Source: Octopus bimaculoides (taxonomy: Eukaryota). From it: a DNA stretch of 64,000 nucleotides. A program made the translations under genes and the position numbers. Under the pieces are notes generated by a model that did not search any database, was not told the DNA's origin, and saw nothing but the letters and a program-made list of their open reading frames with translations. Shown here piece after piece: positions 52,715 to 64,000 of the stretch (position 1 is its first letter; every line of letters starts with the position of its first letter). The stretch lies in NCBI RefSeq assembly GCF_001194135.2, contig NC_069003.1, positions 32,087,181-32,151,180 of the forward strand, read 5' to 3'.

Positions 52715-53045
52715 TGAGTTGTACTGCATGGCACCTTGAGCAAGTTTCTTCTACTATAGCCCAAGGCCTCCAAAAGCCTTGTGAGTGTATTTGATAGAAG
52801 GAAACTGAAAGAAGCTTGTTATATTTGTGTGTGTGTGTGTGTGTGTGTTTTGGGTTTGTCACCCACCACTGCTAGACAACCAATGTTGATTTTATGTTAC
52901 AGTAACTTAGCGATTTGGCACAAGATACTGATGGAATAAATATCAGGCTTTAAAATAAGTACTGGGGTTGATTTGTTTGACTAAAGCTCTTCGAGGTGAT
53001 GCACCAGCATGGCCACAGTCCAATGACTGAAACAAGATAAAAGAT
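52715..53045 (+). mobile_element. 5'-truncated family A SINE
   Basis: ggcaccttgagcaagt...(tg)n...tgactgaaacaagataaaagata. Confidence 0.8.
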
Positions 53046-53199
53046 ATAGTTCATTCAATTTATCTTTTTCTTTTTTTTTTATTACTTATTTTAGACTTAT
53101 GTAACACTTAATATTTCATAGCTGTGTAGAAGATTATTATTCTCGGTTGTTGCTCTGTAAGAACGTTACGATCCCTCTCCTCTCCTTCCCATCTTTCAG

Positions 53200-53388
53200 A
53201 ACAGAATGTTATCGACATGCATTAGAACACAGGTGTTTGGTCTATTTATAAATGGCGGTATCAGGAATGAGCTGCTTGCGCTGGAAGAAAAAACTGGAAA
53301 TATAGAGGAAATAAGAAAAATCAAAATGCCAAATAAAGTAGCAATAACACTTTACACTTGCTTGAAAAGGAGGAAACTTGTATTGTGA
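53200..53388 (+). CDS. Possible further exon (33 nt to 53232, or terminal to 53388) of the + strand gene
   Basis: Strong acceptor ccctctcctctccttcccatctttcAG; phase-0 frame open for 62 codons (NRMLSTCIRTQVFGL...LEEKTGNIEEIRK...), compatible with exon 42324-42399. Confidence 0.3.
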   Translation, partial: NRMLSTCIRTQVFGLFINGGIRNELLALEEKTGNIEEIRKIKMPNKVAITLYTCLKRRKLVL

Positions 53389-53742
53389 GCAAGGAGTAAG
53401 AAGGCAATCAATATGTTGGATAGCTTGGTTGTATTCCCAGCTGGTATTTAAAACTGTGGTATTAAATGGTTATTATATGATTATAACAGTCCAGGTTTCT
53501 TCTCTACCGTTATCAATGCTTTAAGACTTTTTTAAACATTTATATGTACTTATGAAATATATCTATCTATCATTCCTTCCTTCCTTTCTTCCTTCCTTCC
53601 TTCTTTCCTTCCTTCCTGCCTGCCAGCCATCCCTCCCCCCCACTCTCTTTTTGTTTTTTTACCGGTTTCAGAAATTGAACTGTGGCCATGCTGGGTTGCT
53701 GCGGTTAAAAGCTTGATTGACCACATTGACTCCCACCCTCCC

Positions 53743-53843
53743 NNNNNNNNNNNNNNNNNNNNNNNNNNNNNNNNNNNNNNNNNNNNNNNNNNNNNNNNNN
53801 NNNNNNNNNNNNNNNNNNNNNNNNNNNNNNNNNNNNNNNNNNN
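53743..53843. other. Assembly gap (101 N)
   Basis: Direct reading. Confidence 0.99.
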
Positions 53844-54409
53844 ATCGATCTCTGTTTATTGAATAGTTAAGGGCTAAGTTACTCTTTGATTCCATTTCAA
53901 CAGTGCAACAACAACTCGATGCACTGTTTTCACCAAGCTATGCAGAAACACAGATATGTGCTATAACACCACAATATTCCTTTTAAAGCTTTTCCTAGCC
54001 ACAATAAGAGGCATCGTTGCAGGCCCCGTGCCAGTTTACTTTATTTTGCCCTGTCCTCTACATCTTACCTCATTTCCACCTCTATTCCTTTTGACTACGT
54101 TTTCTTTAATCTTCCCTTTTTTCTACTTCCTTTCACATTGATTCTCATCATTCCTCTCACTCATTTTCATCCTTCTTCAGCATATGACTCAACCATCTCC
54201 TCCCATTTCTCTTCACCACATCCATTGCTCTCTCTCTTTCTCCCCCTTCTCAGTGAAACTTTGCTTATCGACTGCTTTTCCAGCATGTGCTGCTGTTCCC
54301 CATTCATTCCCCATGTCTTATAGCACTTTTAATACATGTTGCATATACTTTTCCCTTCAATCTTAGTAACTCTTTCCCCTCTCATGAACACATCTAGCAA
54401 ATTCCACTC

Positions 54410-54452
<43 letters not shown>

Positions 54453-54459
54453 CCCCTCT

Positions 54460-54855
54460 TCCCTTTTCTAGCTGGGGTAGCCACATAGCTCCTCTACTGC
54501 ATAACACTTGTTTCCATCCTCCATTGTACTCTAACATCTCATCACCTGGTACAAAGCCACCTCCCTCAATACTACTCTCTATTTACTTGAGGGGGGTCTT
54601 GTCTTGCAATTTACTTGAGGGGAGGGTCTTGTCTTGCAAGTTACTTGGTGACTTTGCTGGTGCCACATAAAGAGCGTCCACTGCAACTCTGTAAAATGGT
54701 CAGACTTAGGAAGGGCATCCAGCCATGGAGTCCATGTCAATGCAAACAATAGAGCTTTGCATAGTCCTCTAGCTTGCCAGCTCCTGTCAAACTGTCCAAC
54801 CCATGCCAGCCTGGAAAGCAGATGTTCAACGATGATTGATGGTGATGATGATGAG
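54460..54855 (+). mobile_element. Family C retroposon with a ~30-bp internal direct duplication
   Basis: ttacttgaggggg(ag)ggtcttgtcttgcaa twice (54583-54640); ends gttcaacgatgattgatggtgatgatg. Confidence 0.7.
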
Positions 54856-55504
54856 GAAAGTATTGGTCATCTTGAGGTTACTACAGTAGTGGAACAGAAT
54901 CCAGCTCCATGAAGTTGCAAAATGAATTTCTTAACCACACAACTATCCGTCTGCCTATTTACATGCTACTTTGTAAAGTTTCTTTTAATATGTCTATAAT
55001 TACTTTCCATGGTGAAAATATATTTTATAGAAGACTTTTTGATTTAAAAAATTTTTTTTTTTTTTGCTGTTAACTTATGAATGCAATTTTGCTTCTGATT
55101 TAAAAACCATTTACCTCAGGTTGTCTGGCTTTTTGAAGAAATTTTAGCTGCTATTTTATTATTAATTTTTAAGAGCTATTTATTTTATGTTATGACACCA
55201 CAGCATTCATTTATTTTCTAGCAATTTCTTATGAAAGGTGAAAAGAAAAAAAAAAACTATATATTGGATTTATGGGAAAATTTAAATTTCATTTTATGTC
55301 ATTCCCTATTTTGTTAACATAATTTGTTTACATAGTGTTAATATCAGATTAATAAACACCGCACCATCAACAGATTTTTGAATATAGAAACAGCCATATT
55401 AAATAAATGCAGGCATGGTTGTGTGGTTAAGAAGTTTGCTTTGTTCGCACATGGCCCTGAGTTCTATTTCACTGCATGATTACTTACATATTGAGCTGTT
55501 GGTT

Positions 55505-55934
55505 TTAAAGTTTACATGTCTGTGGTCATGGATATTGGGTATTGACTGATAGAGTATGATCACAAAAAAAATCAAGTGGTTAAAATGGAGTTTCTCCAGA
55601 GAAGGTCTGAAATAATGTTACTCATTAGGCTGCATAGCTCAGGGTTTGGAGAGTCTCTCCAGGTCAAGCTGCTGCTATTTCACATTGAGGGATCACAGCT
55701 CTGGTACTATGGACATATGAATAGAAAGTTACAGGAAAGAAGTGCAAGATAAGATGTCTCAAGTCAAGCTAACCAGCAGGAGACCTAGTGGTAGACCTAC
55801 AACGAGATGGTTGTATAATATCCATAGTCTCAGCTGGTCAGGTTTGAGAATCCAGCTGGAAAGGCTGATGAGATTTGCTTCTGAGGACTCTACCAGGAAT
55901 AGTAGGTGGAGAAGACAAATGGATGGATGGATGG
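55505..55934 (+). mobile_element. RTE LINE (Expander/Rex3-like) 3' fragment
   Basis: Frame-shifted relic with GHGYWVLTDR, ESLQVKLLLFHIEGSQLWYYGHM and RRPSGRPTTRWLYNIHSLSWS segments, then (GATG)n. Confidence 0.8.
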
Positions 55935-56195
55935 AACTGGGTGGCATGGTCTGAAGTATGGTTTTAGAAGTTTCTATGGCAAGCACACCATTCTGACTTT
56001 GTTGGCCATGTGATTAAAGGGTCCACTTTATGTTGATGTAGTTCTGAGTATGATCCAGCTGTGTGGGACACCTTGGGCAAGTGTCTTCCTTCGTAGCCTC
56101 AGGTTTATTCAAATCTTTTGAGTGAAATTCGGTCAACAGAACCTATGTGCATGTTCTGTGTCAGCTCTGATTGAGCAGATGTATAATCAAAGATT

Positions 56196-56852
56196 CTAAA
56201 CTTTTAGGATTCAGATTACTCCATCAAATGTAATGCTTATTTACTCACATTGTTTTGGATTAGTCATAGACTTATCTTGTAGCTTTGAGATTTCAATGGT
56301 ATACTCTTTACTCTTTTCTCTCTTTTACTTGTTTCAGTCATTTTGACTGTGGCCATGCTGGAGCACTGCCTTTAGTCGAGCAAATCGACCCCAGGAATTA
56401 TTCTTTGGAAGCCTAGTACTTATTCTATCAGTCTCTTTTTGCCTAACCGCTAAGTTACGGGGACATAAACACACCAGCATCAGTTGTCAAGCGATGTTGG
56501 GGGACAAACACAGACACACAAACATTTACACACACATACATATATACATATATATACATATATACGACGGGCTTCTTTCAGTTTTCGTCTATCAAATCCA
56601 CTCACAAGGCTTTGGTCGGCCTGAGGCTATAGTAGAAGACACTTACCCAAGGTGCCACGCAGTGGGAATGAACCCGGAACCATGTGGTTCGTAAGCAAGC
56701 TACTTACCACACAGCCACTCCTGCGCTTATAATTGTTTATTTTTAGAATGTCATTTCAGCGTAGGTGTAAGAGGTCAAACCTGGCTGGTTTGAACATAAA
56801 ACAGGTAGAATATTCGGGCTGAATACGACCAGTTTACACACAAAAGTGTTAA
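56196..56852. mobile_element. piggyBac-type MITE family 1 split by a full-length family A SINE (about 56300-56727, -)
   Basis: MITE left half ends gagatttcaatggtata; resumes ttataattgtttattttagaatg...gtgttaa after the SINE head cctgcgc. Confidence 0.85.
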
Positions 56853-59229
56853 GCCATGATCATCCCATTGGTTTTTAGTGTATAATTTTACCAAGAATAC
56901 ATCATCTAGATTAATGTTCTTTGAGATTTAGCTGCTCTTTCTTTCAGATCAAATTATCTCAGACACTCTCCACTCATTTTCCTGACTTGGTCATTGTGCT
57001 AATAATTCTGTAAATCGATATTGATTCCTTTCTTTGTCTCTTGGCTGATTTTTTTGATAGGAATGGATGTTAAACCGATCAGCTAAATTGGGCCTCACAA
57101 CTAGAAAGAAATAAAAATCACAAAATTAACTCACTCAGAATTGGAACTTGAAAGAGGCTTGATGCTAGATGCTGTTTGGTAAATAATTATTCCCAATAGG
57201 CAATTAGTCTTGTGCACAATGGTATATGTCATTGCTTCATTGCCCTCTAATGAATTAATATTAAAAAAATTATTTAAAAAAAAAATATTTGTGGATATGA
57301 TCTGATTTTTACAGGAGAGAAAAAGAAGTGATACATACACACAATGAATATTGCAGAAATGTTAATTTTTCATAATTATTCGTATTGTAAACAAATATTT
57401 TTTTCTGTTGGTTGATATCTTTGTTTAATCAAGCGACATAGACAAAAAAAAACTGGCACAAAACAATACAAACAACAAAATAAATAAACAAACAATAAAC
57501 AAAAAAATAAAGCATAAAGCAAAACAAGAAAATGTATTGATTGCTTAATCATCATTTCACATCAAGTATATTTAGATACTTGAAAAATTTCCAGTTTTAA
57601 ACAGATGAAATAAAATTTAAAGAAGACAGGAAAAATATATATGTAAAAAAAAAAAAAATAAATAAGTAGATAAAAACGTGTTTACGTCAAATCATTGTTA
57701 TATAGACAACTGAAAATAGATTTCATTTTAAAGGAAAGAAAAATAAAAACAAACATTGTATGAAAATGTATTTCATCTATAACAATTATATAAAATATAT
57801 GTTTATAAACAGCTTTGTTTCCACACTTGTTAGTGCCACTTGAATAATAAGATATGTTATTTATCACAGTCTATTATGTGAGGTATCTCTTATACCTCTC
57901 TCTCTCATTGTATATTGAACCAAAGAATGACGCTACTATGTGATTGCTCAGTTCAGTACAAGAGCAGTCAACTATTCTTCAGATTACTCCCTATTGCTTC
58001 TCCCCTACCCTTTTTTTTTTCCTTTTATTTTTTAAACCCTTTTACTGTGGAAATCAGATATATCCACTCAAAATTTCATTACCCTTGACTGCAAAAAGCA
58101 GTTTTGTTTGAGGAATGTCATGTTTCAAACTTTTTTTTTTTTTTGTCAAGATATGTCAAATTTACTGAAGCAACGTGACTTGCAGAAAATCCGAACTCTG
58201 TTTTTCTGGTAGATATTTAACATCATTACTGGAATAACCAAGAAATTTAATTTTGCAATTAAAGAGTTAAAAAAAGATAAATACATGGAATAATAGATAC
58301 AATTACTAAAAAATAAGTGGTGGTCACATTGGGGTAGCCTTTGATCAGAGGTTTGATTAAACAGAGGAAAAACTGTATATATTGTACAATTGCACACCAG
58401 GCAACACATGTGTATTTGTGTGTGTCATTGTCATCTTATGTCTATTTTCCATGCTGTCATGGGTTAGATGGGTCATTTCTACTTTACTGGATGAATCAGG
58501 GAACCACATCTCTGGTGTACGTTTCATTTTTGGTTGGGCTTCCATAGCTAGGTGCCCTTCCTAACACCAACCACTTTACAAAGTGGTTGTGGCCCCAGTA
58601 CAAGAAAGGATTGGTGTGAGATAGAGCTAGGAATGGATAAATGGTGAGTGAATCCTAGACACTGGTACCAGATGATCAGTTGGGTGTATAAAATGAGTGT
58701 ATGAGAGACATGTAAGACTGAAATCTCAATAAATATATTCTTCAAGACAGTGAGGGAACTAGGATGATAAAGTTGAGAGGAGGTGGGTAAAGTTTTGAAG
58801 AGAGGGTCTGGCATGTCTCATGGCACCCCTGTTGACACTGGAAGTAATGCACAATGAGCTGAAGAGATCTGCTGCTATCCTTAGTCACATCAGCAACATA
58901 ATATTGTGGGTGGGGCTGAGAAGAGCAGGAGAATGTACACTAGAGACATGAATTGATAAAGGCAAGGGTGATAGGGATGTGGTAGCGGTGGGGTGGTAGA
59001 CTGTTGAACGATAAGAGAGATGTGTGATAAGTGATAGAAGGTTGAAGGATAGGTGTGTTTGAGAGATGAGAAGTCAGAGGAGATCAAGGAGGTCGAAGAT
59101 ATAACCTTGACAGTATACATGCGTGCAGATGTTCACATGTGCATATTAAAGTGTATACTCAAATGTACAAGCCTACACATGCACAAGTGCATAGACAACA
59201 TTTGTTTTGCCATACCTTAATAGGTGAGT

Positions 59230-59572
59230 CTTCGGGTTCAGTCCCACTGCGTGGCATCTTGGGCAAGTGTCTTCTACTATAGCCTCGGGCCGACCAAAGC
59301 CTTGTGAGTGGATTTGGTAGACGGAAACTGGAAAGAAGCCTGTCGTATATATGTATATATATATGTGTGTTTGTGTGTCTGTGTTTGTCCCCCTAGCATT
59401 GCTTGACAAACGATGCTGGTGTGTTTATGTCCCCGTAACTTAGCGGTTCGGCAAAAAGAGTCCGATAGAATAAGTACTAGGCTTCCAAAGAATAAGTCCC
59501 AGGGTCGATTTGCTCGACTAAAGGCGGTGCTCCAGCATGGCCGCAATCAAATGACTGAAACAAGTAAAAGAG
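59230..59572 (+). mobile_element. Young family A SINE, slightly 5'-truncated
   Basis: CpG-rich, near identical to the 1375-1778 and 56300-56727 copies. Confidence 0.88.
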
Positions 59573-59739
59573 ATGTCTCTGTAAAATGCAACAGCTTCAA
59601 TTCTGTCTTCACCACTTTGTCCCAAGTCTTTCTTGAGAAGAGAACTTCTGCAGTTTCCATTTGTTTTGAGGATACAACACTTCTTTATAAACCTTTGATA
59701 AACCTTCCTCAGCAAACTTAGAAGTTGGAATCAATTATC

Positions 59740-59946
59740 TTACCTCTTCAGCATTTAAACTGACCATATATGGCCAACCAAAGCAGCCACATCTAACCTC
59801 TCACACCTACCCTACAATGTCACTTGAAAAATAAACAATCGCATCAACCAAATCTTGAAGCTATGAGATAAGCCATGGTGGATTTGAAACAATGTGAACA
59901 AATAAGCATTACATTCAACAGAGTAATCTGAATGCTGAAGGGTTAA
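59740..59946. mobile_element. piggyBac-type MITE family 1
   Basis: ttacctcttcagcatttaaac...gctgaagggttaa. Confidence 0.78.
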
Positions 59947-60894
59947 AATAAGTTAATATTTGATGTTACATTATATATTTAGCTTCTTTTTTCAGTTAAT
60001 GTTAGTTGTTTATAGTCATGTGTACACCATAAAATTCAATGTATAATATGCACTTTTTTCTGCAAAAATCAATATGTAAATTTGATATGCATATAATATA
60101 TGGTGTTAGTCTGCAAAAAATATTTCTCTGTCTACTTTCATTAAGAAGAAATACAATGTAATAAAGCTTTATCTTCTGGATAATTTATTACTTAACAATA
60201 TGTATTTTTATAAAATGAAATATTAAAACCTAATATATTAGATTATAGTATATTATCTATTCTTGTAGCAGTTGTGCAACACTGCACATTATACACAGTA
60301 TTATGAAGTTTTGAAGACAATTTAGGCCTCAAGATTGAGATGTATATTATACATGCTAACAGTGTACATGTACTTTTATAATATGTGACAACAACAACAA
60401 CAACAATAATGATGGTGATAATGATAATTAGAATAATAATAATGACAATGATGATGATCAGCATCATTTAACATCCGTTTTCCATGCTGGCATGGGTTGG
60501 ATGGCTTAACAGGAGCTGGCAATCCAGAAGACTGCACCAAGCTCCTCTGTCTGTCTTGGCATGGCTGGATGCTGGGAACAGAGTAGAAAGAGAGGTATAT
60601 CATTCTTTTTTTTATGGTTTGATTACAAAGAAGCGGTTGTGCCCATAGCCTTTTTGCAGGCCTGCTAAGACTAGTGAGATCAATGTGGTTGATATTCTTA
60701 CTCAACAACAGCAGCTGGAAAAATAAAAATTCATAGAAAGATATGGATTTTCAGAGGGTGACATTTTGGGGAGGATGGACTGGGTAGAATGGTTTGAATG
60801 TGTTAAGGGTAAGGGTGTTTAAGGTTAAATATTTTTATTGAGGAAAGAATACTCTTAGTATTTTTTTTACATATTGTATTTCCTCTGTTCAATC

Positions 60895-61062
60895 ATCATC
60901 ATCATCATCATCGTCGTTTAACGTCCGCTTTCCATGCTGGCATTGGTTGGACAATTTGACTGAGGACTGGTGGACCAAGATGGCTACACCAGGCTCCAAT
61001 CTGATTTGGCAGAGTTTCTACAGCTGGATGTCCTTCCTAACACCAACCACTCCGAGAGTGTA

Positions 61063-61104
<42 letters not shown>

Positions 61105-61340
61105 GTTTCAAGTTTTGGCACAAGGCCAGCAATTTTGGGGGAGGGGATAAGCTGATTACAATGACCCTAGTGTTCAGTTGGTACTTATTTTATTGTCTCT
61201 GAAAGGATGAATGGCAAAGTCAACCTTGGCAGGATTTGAACTCTGAATGTAAAGATGGATGAAGTACTGCTAAGCAATTTGCCTGGTGTGCTAACGATTC
61301 TGCCAGCTTGTTGCTTTCATAATAATAATGATAACAGTAG
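60895..61340 (-). mobile_element. Family C 3' end, (AAT)n, then family B SINE flanked by (AAT)n
   Basis: (tca)n-gtttaacgtccgctttccatgc to 61062; (aat)n 61064-61102; family B to about 61315; AAT-rich tract follows. Confidence 0.8.
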
Positions 61341-61679
61341 TAGTAATAATAATAGTAATAATTGATTGTGTAATGATTGGTTTCTCATTTGGACCCATCC
61401 ATCTTTGCCACGATTTTTCTCTGCCTATTCAAATGTCATTGATCAGGAATCAGTATATGCATCAGTTAGTTTATTTATAGCATGATCTCAAATACATTTC
61501 TTGCAAAGAAGTACACTGGAATTGATTGCTATTGGATGTGGATGTAGCATTTTGCCTGCTACGTATGTATAATATAAACACACGCATACATATACATATA
61601 TATATATCTGTAGAGAATTTTTAGAACAAAACTTTTTTTTTTCTTGATAATCAGCAGTTGAATAAAACTGCTTTAATGT

Positions 61680-61906
61680 GAGTGTGTATACATTTGTATG
61701 TATGTGTGTGCACACACATATGTATATATATACACACACACATGCATATGTATGTATATGTGTCTGTGTATATATATATGTGCATAATATATGTGTGTAT
61801 GTATATATGTGTGTGTGTGTATATGTGTGTATGTATATATATATGTGTGTGTACGTGTATTATGTGTATATGTATGTGTACATAAGTATATATATTTATG
61901 TATGTA

Positions 61907-61946
<40 letters not shown>

Positions 61947-62017
61947 GGAGAAATTATACAAAATGTATAACTAGATGATGAGCAAATCACTGGCATGTGT
62001 ATATGTATGTATATATC

Positions 62018-62087
<70 letters not shown>

Positions 62088-62140
62088 CATGTATATATGT
62101 ATATGCATGTGTGGATGTGTGTGCGTGTGTGTATAGGTAA
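61680..62140. repeat. Long compound (TG)/(TA) microsatellite
   Basis: Direct reading. Confidence 0.95.
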
Positions 62141-62971
62141 TGTCTATATATGTAATATATAAACATGGTAAAGTGGATGTTAAATGTAAGATGATCTGTG
62201 TGTATTTCAATGCTGTTTTTGTTGTCAATCTGTAAATGATAGCTATTTAACAATTGCTTTCATTTTAGAATTTGTATGAGCTTTCCAAATGCAGTTGAAT
62301 ATTGATTGCTAACAGAGGCACGAAGCCACACATAGTGAGGGGGTGGGGTGGGCATTATTTACATTAATGTCTCAGTTTTTGACTGTTACTTAACTTTTTT
62401 TGACACGAGAAGGATTGAAGTTAAATTTTGACCTTGGTGAAAATTGAAATCAGAGTGTAAAAGCTGCAACTTAAATACTGTTAGGTATGGCTACATGGTG
62501 TTTGCTTCCCAACCACGTAGTTTTCGGTTCAATACCCGTTTGACACTTTTGGCAGGTGTTTTCTACTATAGCTGTGAGCTGATCAAAGACATGTGGATGG
62601 ATTCAGTAGGTGGAAACTGAAAGGAACATATTGTATATATATATGTGTGTGTCTGTCTGTCCTCCACCATTTGGCAACCAGTGCTAGAAATAGACATATC
62701 TTTCTCAAACTACATTCTAACATCTTAGGAAAAAGAAGCCACAGTGGATAATGCAGTCTGAGGTGCACTATTCAAGGACAAAAAAAATAGCATGGGCCAT
62801 AGCTTATATTCACCTCTGATCTGCCCAGTTAGAACTGAATCAACGTTCAGTTTCAGTCCCACTGCATGGCACCTTGGACGAGTGTCTTCTATAGCTGACT
62901 TAGGTTGACTAAAGCCTTGTGAGAGGATTTAGTAGACAGAAACTGGAAAAAGCCCTTCACATATATATATA

Positions 62972-63120
62972 TGTGGCTGTGTGGTAAGTAGCTTGCTTAC
63001 CAACCACATGGTCCCGGGTTCAGTCCCACTGCGTGGCACCTTGGACGAGTATCTTCTACTATAGCCTCGGGCCAACCAAAGTTAGTGGATTTGATAGATA
63101 GAAACTCGAAGCCCATTGTA

Positions 63121-63165
<45 letters not shown>

Positions 63166-63590
63166 AATAATAAATGAGTATATGTATATATACGTACAAG
63201 TATGTGCATACCTACATCTACCTGTATATATAGGTGCATATCTGGGTACAGGACGTTGCAAACAAAACGTAGACAAAAAAATAATAACCAGAGTACAGAA
63301 AACACACAGGCCACATAGAGAACATTTTCCTTCATCAGCTGCCCCCATTCTAACACAGGCGTTTCGAAGAGTTAGGGAAGGACGCATGTGTGTCTCCTCC
63401 ATCACCACATAACTGGTATTGGTGTATTTATGTCCCTGTAACTTAGCAGTTTGGCAAAAGAGACCCAATAGAATAAGTACCAGGCTTAAAGAATGAAAAA
63501 TAAGTCTTGGGTTCAATTTGTTTGACTAAAATTTTGTTCAAGGTGGAGCCTCAGCATGGCTGCAGTCTAATTGACCGAAACTAACAAAAG
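62972..63590 (+). mobile_element. Family A SINE split at its internal (TA)n by an unrelated ~200-bp insert
   Basis: Head and CORE 62972-63120, (TA)n, foreign segment 63230-63385, tail resumes 63400-63590. Confidence 0.65.
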
Positions 63591-64000
63591 AAAGAATTGA
63601 ACTGAGGCTTAACAATAGCTTGGTATTTTTAAAAATTTTTTTTTATTTTACTTAAAGCAACCGTTCTTTGGTTGCATGATAACCAGTAGCTGCACATTAC
63701 TTTCACTGTCAAAAGCGTCATACATTAGTGACTAATGTATTTAATAAAATAAATTTTTAAAAAATGCTTGAAAAGGAAGAAAAAAAAAAACCCAAAATAA
63801 ACAAAAAAAAAAAGCAGAACATGTAAAGCTTTATGTTTAGAAGAAAGTGTAAATCTAAGTAAACTTTCATGTTTATTTTACAAATATTCCCATTTTTTTT
63901 TTCATTTATGTCTTTCATTTTTATATTCTTTGGCTTCATGTTCATGTAAATTCTCTTGGTTTGTGTTGAATAACTAACTATTTATTCAGTTTTTCTTCTC

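Noticed and set aside
63300-63410. CTGATGA and GAAAC on the minus strand, hammerhead-like
   Set aside because: Motif order and helix II pairing do not fit; part of the apparent stem comes from the adjacent SINE tail

Overview
AT-rich eukaryotic genomic DNA, most likely an octopus. This is an inference from the tRNA-headed CORE-type SINEs, the R4/Dong and RTE LINE remnants, the very dense (TA)/(TG)/(AAT) microsatellites and short N gaps beside them; no species marker is visible. The window is almost all intronic or intergenic and repeat-derived. It holds at least five short retroposon families (called A-D and F here), TTAA-flanked piggyBac-type MITEs, hAT MITEs, decayed hAT and Tc1/mariner transposases, and RTE and R4/Dong 3' fragments. 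No long genuine ORF is present; nearly all ORF-track entries are microsatellite or repeat read-through. The best gene evidence is two phase-compatible + strand mini-exons (35938-35983, 42324-42399) of an unidentified gene. The most notable observations are decayed minimal hammerhead-ribozyme motifs of Penelope type (including a head-to-head fold-back pair at 13572-13654), self-seeding SINE arrays in (AAT)n, SINE tail-swapping at an internal microsatellite, and a palindrome with a (TTAGGG)/(CCCTAA)-like centre. All coordinates and alignments were read by eye; repeat boundaries are approximate and family names need Dfam/Repbase confirmation.
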